A stretch of 64,000 bases of DNA. It comes from Chiloscyllium plagiosum (Eukaryota). Of this stretch, positions 25,701 through 36,395 are shown piece after piece (the first letter of the stretch is position 1; each line of letters begins with the position of its first letter). A program made the position numbers and the translations under genes. The notes beneath the pieces are model-generated. The model was not told where the DNA came from. It made no database searches and saw only the letters and a program-made list of their open reading frames with translations. The stretch covers positions 17,377,778 to 17,441,777 of the forward strand of contig NC_057749.1 of assembly GCF_004010195.1 (NCBI RefSeq). The letters run 5' to 3'.

Positions 25701-27799
25701 TTCAGTCATTGAGTATGTTCCAGACTGAGATTGGTGGTGCAGGAAAATGGCCTTAAAAATAAAGATTATCTGTGATCTCATTGCTTGAGTAGGAATTGCT
25801 TGAAAAACTTAACAGATCTGGCAGCATCAATAGGGAGCAAAGTGCACTGATAATCAAACTCCACTATTCCAAATGTGACACATATAACTGTGTCACTACC
25901 AATGTTAAACCACCAAGGTAATCCTTATGCCTGACAGACTGTTATTCGAGACAAAAATAATTCACATCATTTCTTGTCATTAACCGGAAAATCATTGTTA
26001 TCAGCATTTAAAATTCAACCTAAAAAACGATTGATCTTCAATTCAGTAGTTGATTGGAATCACCTAGCTCTTTTCTTACATTATAGTTTTTTTTCCTGTA
26101 AGTTTTTAGTCTTATCACTCTCTGAGAATATTTGGCCATGACTACACTGCACTGCATAACTAGACCAATCCAAAGGTTGTTATTAGGCAGCTTTTCCTTA
26201 ACTCAAAGACTCCAAGTGCCACTCTGTTTCTCTCAAATTATTGACCTCACTGCTCTGGAACTTAATATTGTATTGTATAGCTAAAGTGTGCACTACACAA
26301 TCCTACTTCAAGTCGTAGAGAAAAAAAAAGCTCTCCTGGTACATTTCAGTTTACCGCAGTGTCCAACTTATGTGATCCCTTTCATGACCCATTTTTCAAT
26401 CCAAAATGTTAACTCGCGATTGTTTGTCCTCTGAGCCAGCCAGACCTGCTGGGTTTTTCCAGCATCTTTTCTTTGATATGGAGTGTTAAATATATTGCCT
26501 GTATATAACTGCATATTAGCCAATGTTCTTATAACACAAGATTATACAAGATCCAAACAGACATTATGTTCATGTTTTATGTGGCTTTTTAATACTGCTT
26601 TATTTGTAATCTGGTGCAATGTCACATCCAATGAGAGAAAGCAGTAGTTGTGTACACAGTCAAAGGCATGAATTGTAGTCATATAGAATTAGAAAGGAAG
26701 GCAGAGGTGCCTCAATGGAAGTATGGCAATTCAGCCCTCCAGAATTAGCTGGAAGGAGAGACAAGACTAGAAATGTGGCACTGCATTCTTTCAGATGTAG
26801 GGAATCTGATGGTGATGGTAGTGATGGGAGCTGAGTAAGTATGCAGCTTTAACAGAAATGAAAAAAAAGAGAATGAAGTGAAACTGGATACCATCAGAAT
26901 TAAGAGATGCAGAGTGAAATGCAATATCGAGTAGAGTTCTGCAAAAGTAGGAAAGAGCATGTTACAGAAAGGACCAGTGTTAAACTAGAATCATAGAATT
27001 AAAGCAGTGTTGATGGTGGCCAAATTCTCCTCTTAATACTAAATTCATGAATGAACATTGTATCTAGTTTGTCATGATATAATTTGTTAAGAGCTTTGAG
27101 GGTTTTGAGACCACATTAAATTTCATGGATTTTGTTCAATTCAGAATTAAATTGCTAATGTGTCTGAAATGGTACCAGAAGGGTTTCTTTAACCCCTTAG
27201 TGGTTTCTTGTTTGACAATTTTCAATGTTTGTGTGCAATTATCTAATAGCTGACTGCTGGAAAAAGGTGGCAGTTTAGCTACAACAGGTAGAATTCCTGA
27301 AAATCGGATTGTCCTAAGTAGTTAAATTATTCAGAACTGAACTAACCGAAACCTATCAATGTTCATCCCTGCCAGTGATTTTCTTCTAGTTTTGCAATTT
27401 CAGCTACTTGTGTTTAGAGGACTTTATGGTATAAACTATTCAGTGATTATTGTTGTCAGGATATTGGTTAATGAATTCTTTATACCACAAGAGAGGTTAG
27501 GAGTCTTATGTCTCAGCTTTTTACCAAAACAAAAAGTGTGTTTCTCAGTGGCGTTTGACTTAACAGTTGATGGGCATGGAAGGTACCTTGTAAAGGAATC
27601 CTCAACATGGAGTTGAGTATTGTCTTAGAGAGATTTTTGAGTTAGAGAAAACGTTTTTCTGTTGTTTCTTCAGTTGTCAGGGTGCTGGCACTCCCCTGAG
27701 GCTATATCCAATTAATTGTTTTTTTGTGTGTGACTGGGGAAAGTATGTTGGCATACTTTGAACTATGGTGCTTTTACAACTGAGTTTAATTACATGTTT

Positions 27800-28110
27800 A
27801 TGACTTATATAATACCTTTCAAGATATCAGGATGAATAAAATTATTTCACACCAGGTTGAATACTTCAAAAATGTGGTCACAGTTGCAATTTATGAAACT
27901 GCAACAGATAAGTCCCGCAACTAGTTCATGAAATACAAGATGAGATAATCTGTTGTTACTGCTGTTGATGAAGGACAAATGTTAGCAGAGACAATGAAAG
28001 AACTGCCTGCTTCTTTAACTATTGAGGGTGGGAAGTTTTGGAACCTCGTTTGAAGGGAGATGGGACTTTGGTTTAATTTCTGTTCTGAAAGACAGGGCTT
28101 TGCGACATTG
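27800..28110 (-). mobile_element. Very old Deu-domain SINE remnant
   Basis: AGATAATCTGTT...GTTGATGAAGGACAAATGTT...AGAACT.CCTGCT...GGTTTAA...CTGAAAGACAG resembles 10940-11335. Confidence 0.45.
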
Positions 28111-28427
28111 TCTCTATGGGTTATTTGCTTAGTTTGATGAGCTGCATGAACTAGATCATTGGATAGAGATGAAGAGCAGGAATCCTGTCCCTATTCCCAC
28201 CAGCTGGGGCAAAGGTGAAAATTGTCTGCCCAAATTTTCCCACAGACTACACCCAGCACACACTAGGAACTGAATCTTGGTCTGTATGGTTCAGTGTTAC
28301 AATGTTCTTTATATGTGTATCCACCAGGTTATTGAAAAGTCCTAAATTACACAGTTTGTTATTAAAGCATGAAAAATCTGCCATGATACAGCTAAATATC
28401 GCTTTTCATTACTACTGCATTTTACAG

Positions 28428-28530
28428 GTTTAACAAAGATTCTGTGAATCTGGAAAAATCTGAATTTTCTAAAGAAGGACAAGCTTTCAGAGAAAAGATG
28501 GTGACAACATCACGATTAAAATTAACTGAT
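28428..28530 (+). CDS. MYO9A: Myosin IXa tail exon (FNKDSVNLEKSEFSKEGQAFREKMVTTSRLKLTD)
   Basis: ttacag|G TTT...GAT|gtaagc, 103 nt. Supplies exactly the phase 2 to 0 bridge needed between exons 17435-19138 and 29318; protein similarity is weak. Confidence 0.8.
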
Positions 28531-29317
28531 GTAAGCAATTTAATCATATTTCCTTAGTAATTTGTGAAAGAGTCCAGCACAGGTAACAGGAGTCAAGTAG
28601 TTTCTGAAGAGTGAATGCTTGTGGTGAACGAGGTTTGTATAAAGTAAATCTTCTGCCCTCCAATCAAAACTTTCAGCCAGTATTTGTAATTTGTAATAAG
28701 TTGAGTTTATAATTTCGAGACGTTATAACAAGCATAAAATGCTTCAATCTTCTACTACTTCCATTAATGTTTATCTTTCCCATCTCCTAAATATGCTATT
28801 TACTTCAGGTTGTTATTCCACGTTATCAATTGCTCTCCAGTATCATCAGCTCAGGGACTTTGGTCGTCTGTAGTCTGTTTGATTGTGGGAACATTACATC
28901 TAAGCACAATCTTATTTGCATTTGGCATTCAAAGTTGCATTTTCTAACAGGAGCTAATTGATAGTAACCATGGGCAGGAACCTTCACTAATTGAGTAAAA
29001 GACTAGGTATCAAGCTTGAAAACTTCTAGCCAGTACTACTGAATGCTGCACAAGCACGATGTCAATATTCGCAAGGAACTTAGTACATTTTTAATTAAAT
29101 ATATAGAAAGTATTTTGAAATGGTTGCTGTCGTGTTCTTCACTCTGATATCCTGCTTTTCTTTTTTTAATCATGGCTTTTTCTTCCCCGGCTGTACCTTT
29201 GTAGATGAGGATGATTTGTTGTTGCAAAGTAGTCACCTTTAGCGCTCAGGCTAATCGATCTTGTCATTTGGGAATTTTTCTTGTGTTTTGATATTTTTAT
29301 GTTATTCGGTCAATCAG

Positions 29318-29530
29318 GTTGCAAGACCAGCGCACAAAAAGAAAGCCCGCATGGCGCGGACCCGCTCTGATTTCTTGACTAGAGGCTCTAACGCTGAAGG
29401 GGAGAGAGAGTCTGAGGAAGAGGAATATGTTGACCCCTCCGCTGAGCCCCTTCCCTCTCCCGACCAACCTAGGCCTGAGCTGAGGCCCAAGGACAGTGCC
29501 AGACAGGCCTGTTACAGTGACTCAGAAATG
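29318..29530 (+). CDS. MYO9A: Myosin IXa 71-aa cassette-type tail exon (VARPAHKKKARMARTRSDFLTRG...YSDSEM)
   Basis: atcag|GTT...ATG|gtaaat, 213 nt, symmetric phase 0-0. Matches the alternatively included tail insert I recall from mammalian MYO9A isoforms. Confidence 0.9.
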
Positions 29531-31349
29531 GTAAATACAATTTGGCCAATTGGGTGTGTCAAATCTGGAAGCATCTCTTACTTAACCCTTAATGTGGGGT
29601 AGAAAGTGATACTGACATCTGGAACTGCTTAATCTCCCCTATCTTTCAAATTTTAGAAGGTAACACTCAATGCATAAGCATGCACCTTTCTATAAATTAC
29701 TGCATTTCTTTTTGCAGTTAGTTTTGCTGCTGTAGACAATTCAGTAAAACTTATATGGGTCACTAATCCTCAGGCAAGGGGAGGGATTGAGAAGTCCTTT
29801 ATGGTAACCTCAATCGTTGTGGGAATTGGAGGCATGTTGGCATCACACTACATCACAAAGCAGCTACCCAGTCAGCTGAACGGAAGGATTTTTAAATAAT
29901 GAATTGCAGACTTCCCTGCCATTTTATTAGAAATTACTGAATGGCCAGGAGTGACCCGGTGTCCTTCCAAAATGCCTTCTGCTACACGGTCAACTTGTCA
30001 ATTTCTGTACCACTATAATTTGTGGTGTCAACTGCATGTTTTAAGTTCAGTTTATTCTGATGACTGAATTTGTTAATTCAGTCGTTCAAACATGCTTAAA
30101 AATATTTCTACATGTTCCTTGTATTACCTTCATCTCTAGAAGTTCACTTTTCTCAGGACCGCTCCATGCCTACCATTAGCACCCCAGTTGAAAAAATTGA
30201 GATCAATTGTAACATCCCTGAGTTAAATTTGGAAGGAAATTTGGGACAATGAAAGATTCCTCATTACCTCATCTTACAAGAGCATGTGCTGAAAGTTTAA
30301 ATAAATCTGACTGCAATGATCCAAATTGGTGAAATATGGATCAAAAGTAGCTGTCTGAACTTAACTAAAGAACAAAGTTAACCATAGGAGTACTGCAGCA
30401 ATGGCATTTCCCTGACAGTACAAGAGAGGAAAATAAAATTGAAAAGTAAATTATGAGCATATTGAGTAAAGTACTTTTGAATGTGTTTTGAGTGTTCCCT
30501 TTTAAAACAACCATATATTTGGGGCTTGGATCACCACTGTCCTACACTGGAAATCTCTTTCAAACTTTAGGAGATCTGATCACACTGTTTCTGACTGGTT
30601 TGGCCATTCTATTACTAAACCAATCTTTTTCATTAGCCCAGCGTTGCATTATTCAACTCCTTTTTGGAGTGGACTTGATTTACCAAATTATTGCATGCCC
30701 TAGCTTTGCTAACTGCACTGTTAGGTTTGTACTCACATCTCTTTTCACTCTTTCACTTTTAATACCTGAATCTCAATCCATTCTAACCTGTGGGTTTGTT
30801 AACAGCACAGCAGTATCATCTTTTTTTTCCATGATTGGTTTACTCTTAGTATGCATTTTACAAAAGAGAGTAACTGTGTTTTAGTTTTAACTTGACCAAG
30901 TTTGAAGTGTTAACTTCAGCTGCATGCGTCTCTGTTAATTGTGTGTAAAGTTACTCGGCTATAGACTTTTCACTATCATTGAATTTTAAGTTGCAACCTA
31001 AAACTTATAAAGTGACTTTTTGCAAAGTGTTGCAGTTGCGCTAAGGATTTTATTTTACAAACCGCCATTGTTTGTTCAGAAGCAATTCTCTCAATCTATG
31101 CCAGACCTCCAGTGTTGCAGATAATCATCCCAACTCGCGTTTGTCAACTTGAGGTTTGTTGTCTTAGTGTGTGGCATTGTTTGACACTGACCGAGGGTAG
31201 TTCTAAACTGCGTACAGTTATCACGTGGTAGTATAATCTATATATTAGTAGATGCTGCTCATGCTTCAGTTTCAGCTGCGGTAAAGCTAAAGTGAATTTC
31301 TATTTGAATCTGATTTCTTTCTTGATAGCGAAATGCTAATATCCTAACC

Positions 31350-31480
31350 ATGATTTGGAGATGCCGGTGTTGGACTGGGGTGTACAAAGTTAAAAATCAC
31401 ACAACACCAGGTTATAGTCCAACAGGTTTAATTGGAAGCACACTAGCTTTCGGAGCGTCGCTCCTTCATCAGGTGGTTGT
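31350..31480 (-). mobile_element. Short solo hammerhead-bearing repeat, probably a PLE terminal repeat
   Basis: Near-identical to 45903-46030 (CACAACACCAGGTTATAGTCCAACAGGTTT...); no coding sequence attached. Confidence 0.75.
31441..31475 (-). ncRNA. Minimal type-I hammerhead ribozyme motif (intact core)
   Basis: Reverse complement reads cac-CUGAUGA-A-GGAGC[gac]GCUCC-GAAAG-CUA-gug. Perfect stems I and II and an AGCU palindrome. Confidence 0.88.
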
Positions 31481-31729
31481 CCTGACAGCTGTGTGTGGAC
31501 TCATGTTAAGATGATTCTAATGAGACAGCGCCACCTACAGGGCTCTACATGCATCAGTTGTATCTTTCATCGCGTCACCTTGTGCAGTGTCATTGTTGCT
31601 GTTGTCCTTTGTTCAGTCAGTGAGATTTAACAACCTGTGTACATTTTATAGAAGTGCAATGAGAAAACATATGCTTCTCTGAAAAGAGATTTGTTATTTA
31701 AATTTTCAGTTTTGTTTAAAAATATGTGT

Positions 31730-32057
31730 TTAGATTAGATTCCCTACAGTATGGAAACAGGCCCTTCAGACCAACAAGTCCACATTGACCCTCCAAAGAG
31801 TAACCCACCCAGACCTATTACCCCACCCCCTATATTTACTCCGACTAATGCATCTAACAGTATGGGCAATTTAGCATAGCTAATTCACCTGACCTGTACA
31901 CCTTTGGATTGTGGGAGGAAACTGGAGCTCCTGGAGGAAACCCTCGCAGACACGGGAGAATGTGCAGACTCCACACAGACAATTGCCCGAGGCGGGAATT
32001 GAACCCGCGTCCCTGGCTCTGTGAGGCAGCAGTGCTAACCACTGAGCCACCGTGCCG
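31730..32057 (-). mobile_element. tRNA-derived V-SINE (HE1-like), followed by a divergent plus-strand SINE head at 32076-32155
   Basis: Reverse complement of the 1084-1370 family, including the AATCTAATCTAA tail. Confidence 0.88.
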
Positions 32058-32444
32058 TCATCAGGGGGTTTCGAGGGTGGCTCAGTGGTTAGCACAGCTG
32101 CCTTACAGTGCCAGGGACCTGGGTTCAATCCCACCCTCCAGCAACTGTCTGTGTTGAGATTTAACTTTGCTCCAGCTAACACTTGGTTCTGAACCTCACA
32201 ATTATCTGATCCTGGGACTGATTGATTGTAAAATTAATCTCACCAGACACCAAATGTACTGAGTAGTAATATGTGTCCAAATTCTTTGTCTTGGGGTTAG
32301 TGCATACACACATATGCAGACTCTTAATTTCCAGTTAGGATTTTGGGAGTGATCTGGGGCAGCAATCTTGGTTGGCCTTTGGAGCTTTAACATGATGTTA
32401 ACTCCACCATTGGCAATGCTGAGGTCAGCTAACTCAGTACAAAG

Positions 32445-33866
32445 CATAAAACAGTACAGCAACGTACAGGCCCTTTGGCCCTCAAATGTTGTACCAGCCT
32501 TTTATCCCTCTCTAAGATCAGACTAACCTACGTACCCTTCGTTGTACTAACTTCCATGTGCCTATCCAAGAGTTGCTTAAATGTATCTAATGTATCTGAC
32601 TGTACTACCACTACTGACAGTGCATTCCATGCACCTACCACTTTCTGAGTAAAGAACTTACCTCTGACATCTCCCCAAACCTTCTTCCAATTACCTTTAA
32701 ATTATGCCCCACTGTGATATACATTTCCACCATGGGGAAAAAGTCTCTGACTATACACTTTATCTATGCCTCTCAGCATCTTGTACACCTCTATCAAGTC
32801 ACCTCTCATCCTCCTTCACTGCATGAGAAAAGCCCTTGCTCCCTCAACCTTTCTACATAAGACATGCATGCCTTCCAGTCCAGGCAGCATACTGGTAGAT
32901 CTCCTGTGCACCCTCTCTAAAGCTTCCACATCTTTCCTATAATGAGGCAACCAGAATTGAACACAATATTCTAAGTGTGGTCTAACCAGGACTCGAAAGA
33001 ATTATAGCATAACCTCGCAGCTCTTAAACTCAATTCCCCTGCTAATGAAAGCCAATGTACCATACGCGGTCTTAACAAACCTATCAACCTGGGTGGCAAC
33101 TTTGAGGAATCTATGGACATGGACCCCAAGATCCTTCATTTCCTGCACACTGCCAAGAGTCCTGCCTTTAATCCTGTAATTTGCATTCAAGTCAACCTTT
33201 CCAAAGTGAATGACTTCACACTTTTACATATGAAATCCATCTGGCACTTATCAGCCGGGTTCTGCATCCTGTCAATGTCTCATTACAACCTACAACTGCC
33301 GTCTATACTATCCACAACTCCACCAACATTGTGTCATTGGCAAATTTACTAACCCACCCTTCCACTTGTTCATCCACTTGTTCGTCCATTTATAAAAATC
33401 ACAAAAAGCAGAGATACTCAAACCGATCCCTGCGTAACACCACTGGTCACCAAGCTCCAGGCTGAATGTTTTCCATTTACTATCGCCCTCTCTGTTCTAT
33501 GTACGCAGGCAGCCAAATTTCACTGTATTCCATGCCTCATTACTTTCTGTATGAGCCTACCATGGGAACGTTATCAAATGCTTTGCTAAAATCCATATAC
33601 ACTACATCCACTGTTCTGTCTTCATCATCGTGTTTTGTCATATCCTCATAGAATTCAATAAGGTTTGTGAGGCATGACCTGCCCCTCATAAAGCCATGAT
33701 GACTATCTCTAATCAAACTATGGTTTTCTAAGTAATTATAAATACAGGATCTCCTAATCCTCTCCAATACTTTGGCCACCACTGATGTAAGACTGACTGG
33801 TCTGTAATTCCCAGGAGTATCCCTATTCCCTTTCTTGAACAAGGGAATAACATTTGCCACCCTGCA
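32445..33866 (-). mobile_element. 5'-truncated CR1 LINE
   Basis: ORF 33540..33935 PGNYRPVSLTSV...RSCLTNLIEFYE...VYMDFSKAFD; same subfamily as 20472-23390. Confidence 0.92.
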
Positions 33867-34567
33867 ATGTTTGCATATGTTGTTCAGTGCAAAATCATTT
33901 TTCAAATGTAGGTTTTCTGCAGCAAAAGAGGCCATTTAAGATTAATCAACCATTAATGATGAACCTGAGAGCTAATGATGAGGAAGTTTTGTTTCTTGCA
34001 TTAGGTTGCTATTAGTAGAATTGATCTTTCTTAACCGGTTCATGTCACAAACCCACATGCAAGAAAATCAAAGTCCTTTCAGCAGCTAGATTTTTGCTAA
34101 CCATAGTAGTCCTGCATGCTTTTCTGATTACTTTTTCTCTGCTAACACCCAAAGTTAGCATAAATTCATTTGTGGACTGCAGACAGACATTTTCTTTTAA
34201 ATAGAGTTTCTGCACATCCATCCTTGGTATGTTGGTCATGTTCAACTTGGGCAAAAATAGACTGTGCTGCCTATCCTTGATTCTTTTTGCAGTTAATAGT
34301 AAGATTTATCATATTTATACCATAGAGAAGAAAAAAAATCTTGAGTCAAGGAAGGAAAAAATTGAACTACTTTTGTGTTTGAATCTTTCAGTCTCAGTAC
34401 TTCAGTATCTCTGGTAGAAGGGAATTCTCATTCTTTGTTAGAGAAGCATGTGGTTTTGCCGTGGCCTGTCTTTCATCTATGACTAAAGCTGCTAGTGAGT
34501 TATGAGAAGATTTTTAGCTCAGGTTGAGGTTCTGGATGTAGGTTTGCTGAACTGGAAGATTTATGTT

Positions 34568-34607
34568 CAAATGTTTCGTCACGATACTATGTAACATCTT
34601 CAGTGGG
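34568..34607 (-). ncRNA. Hammerhead ribozyme motif (decayed)
   Basis: Reverse complement reads ccca-CUGAAGA-U-GUUAC[auaguauc]GUGAC-GAAAC-AUU-ug. Confidence 0.68.
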
Positions 34608-35023
34608 CCTCTGGACGAAACATTGCTGATAATTCCTGCTTACTATTTATATGTTTGGGTTTCTTTGAGTTGGTAATGTCATTTCCTGTTCTTTTTCTTT
34701 GGGGAGGGGCAGAGAGAAGAGAGAGAAGGTAAATCTGGTCCAAGTCAATGTGTTTGTTGATAGAGTTCCAGTTGGAATGCCATGCTTCTAGGAATTCTCT
34801 TGTCCGAGGATGGATGTGTTGTCCCAGTCGAAGTGGTATCTGTATGTTAGGATATTAGTGAGAGAGGATCATGTTGTTTTGTGGCTAGTTGATGTTCAAG
34901 TATCCTGGTGGCTAGGTTTCTACCTGTTTGTTCAATGTAGTGTTTGTTACAAAGTTTGTGAGAAGATTTGTAGCTTGGGTGCTCGTTGTTGTGGTTCTGT
35001 TCGCCCAGCTGGGAATTTGTGTT

Positions 35024-35063
35024 GCAGACGTTTCGTCCCCTCTCTAGGTGACATCCTCAGTGC
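35024..35063 (-). ncRNA. Minimal type-I hammerhead ribozyme motif (intact core) in a Penelope terminal repeat
   Basis: Reverse complement reads gca-CUGAGGA-U-GUCACCU[agag]AGGGGAC-GAAAC-GUC-ugc, with a canonical GUC triplet. Confidence 0.88.
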
Positions 35064-36395
35064 TTGTGAGCCTCCTGTGAAGCGCTTCTGTGTTGTTTCC
35101 TCCGGTATTTATAGTGGTTTGTCTCTGCCACTTCCGGTTGTCAGTTCCAACTGTCCACTGCAGTGGCCAGTATGTTGGGTCCAGGTCGATGTGTTTGTTG
35201 ATAGAATATGTGGATGAGTGCCATGCCTCTAGGAATTCCCTGGCTGTTCTCTGTTTGGCTTGTCCTATAATAGTAGTGTTGTCCCAGTCAAACTCATGTT
35301 GCTTGTCATCTGCGTGTGTGGCTACTAAGGATAGCTGGTCGTGTTGTTTCGTGGCTAGTTGGTGTTCATGGGTATGGATCGTTAGCTGTCTTCCTGTTTG
35401 TCCTATGTAGTGTTTTGTGCAGTCCTTGCATAGGATTTTGTACACTACATTGGTTTTGCTCATGCTGGGTATCAGGTCCTTTGTGCTGATGAGTTGTTGT
35501 CTGAGAGTGGCTGTTGGTTTGTGTGCTGTTATAAGTCCTAGTGGTCGTAGTAGTCTGGCTGTCAGTTCAGAAATGTTATTGATGTATGGTAACGTGGCTA
35601 GTCCTTTGAGTTGTGGCATGTCCTCATTCCGTTGTCTTTCCCTTAGGCATCTATTGATGAAATTGCAGGGGTATCCGTTTTTGGCGAATACATTGTAGAG
35701 GTGTTGTTCTTCCTGTTTTTGCAGTTCTGGTGTGCTGCAGTGTGTTATGGCCCTTTTGAAAGGTGTCTTGATGCAACTTCTTTTATGTGTGTTGGGGTGG
35801 TTGCTTTCGTATTTCAGGACTTGGTCTGTGTGTGTGTGGTTTTCCTGTATACCTTTGTGGTGAATTCTCCGTTCGGTGTTCTCTGTACCATCACGTCTAG
35901 GAATGGGAGTTGGTTGTCCTTTTCTTCCTCTCTAGTGAATCGGATTCCTGTGAGGGTGGCGTTGATGATCCAGTGTGTGTTTTCTATTTCTGTGTTTTTA
36001 ATAATTACAAAGGTGTCACAGTTCTTGCACGGTACTTTATAAATTACATTAGTTTTGCCTGTTGTCTGTATAGGGTCTTTCAAGTTCACTAGTTGCTGTT
36101 TTAGTGTGTTGGTGGGATTGTGGGCTACCATGATGCCAAGGGGTCAGAGGAGTCTGGCAATCATTTCTGAGATGTCTTTGATGTAGGGAGAGTGGCTAGG
36201 GTTTCTGGACATGTTTTGTCTGCTTGTTTGGGCTTGTTGCTGAGAAGTCAGCGGACATGTTCATTGGGTACCCATTCTTTTTGAATCCACGGTATTGGTG
36301 ATTTTCCTTTGCTCTGCGTAGTTCCTCTGTGCTGCAGTGTGTGGTGGCTCATTGGAATAATGTTCTGTAACAGAACAAACTACCATTCCTAGATG

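Larger units (their letters stand above)
20255..25790. mobile_element. Nested CR1 cluster: old plus-strand CR1 (20255-20470, 24465-25790) split by a minus-strand CR1 (20472-24465), itself interrupted by a PLE and a younger CR1 (23392-24125)
   Basis: ORF fragments PGNYRPVNLTS, RSCLPNFIEFFE, SKFADDTKV, RPHLEYCV and RGDFIAVYKIMRG. Distinct 3' tails at 20472 and 23392. Confidence 0.88.
34497..36395 (-). mobile_element. Penelope-like element (34497-34950 and 36010-36395) with a second Penelope subfamily nested inside (34950-36010)
   Basis: Two different terminal repeats with hammerheads. ORFs 35044..35619 (GIY-YIG) and 35814..36131 (chimeric: YKVPCKNC fused to DTFVII...QLPFLDV). Confidence 0.9.

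Noticed and set aside
30700..30885. Possible microexon after branch-like CTAAC motifs
   Set aside because: No AG/GT pair gave a convincing frame-preserving exon.
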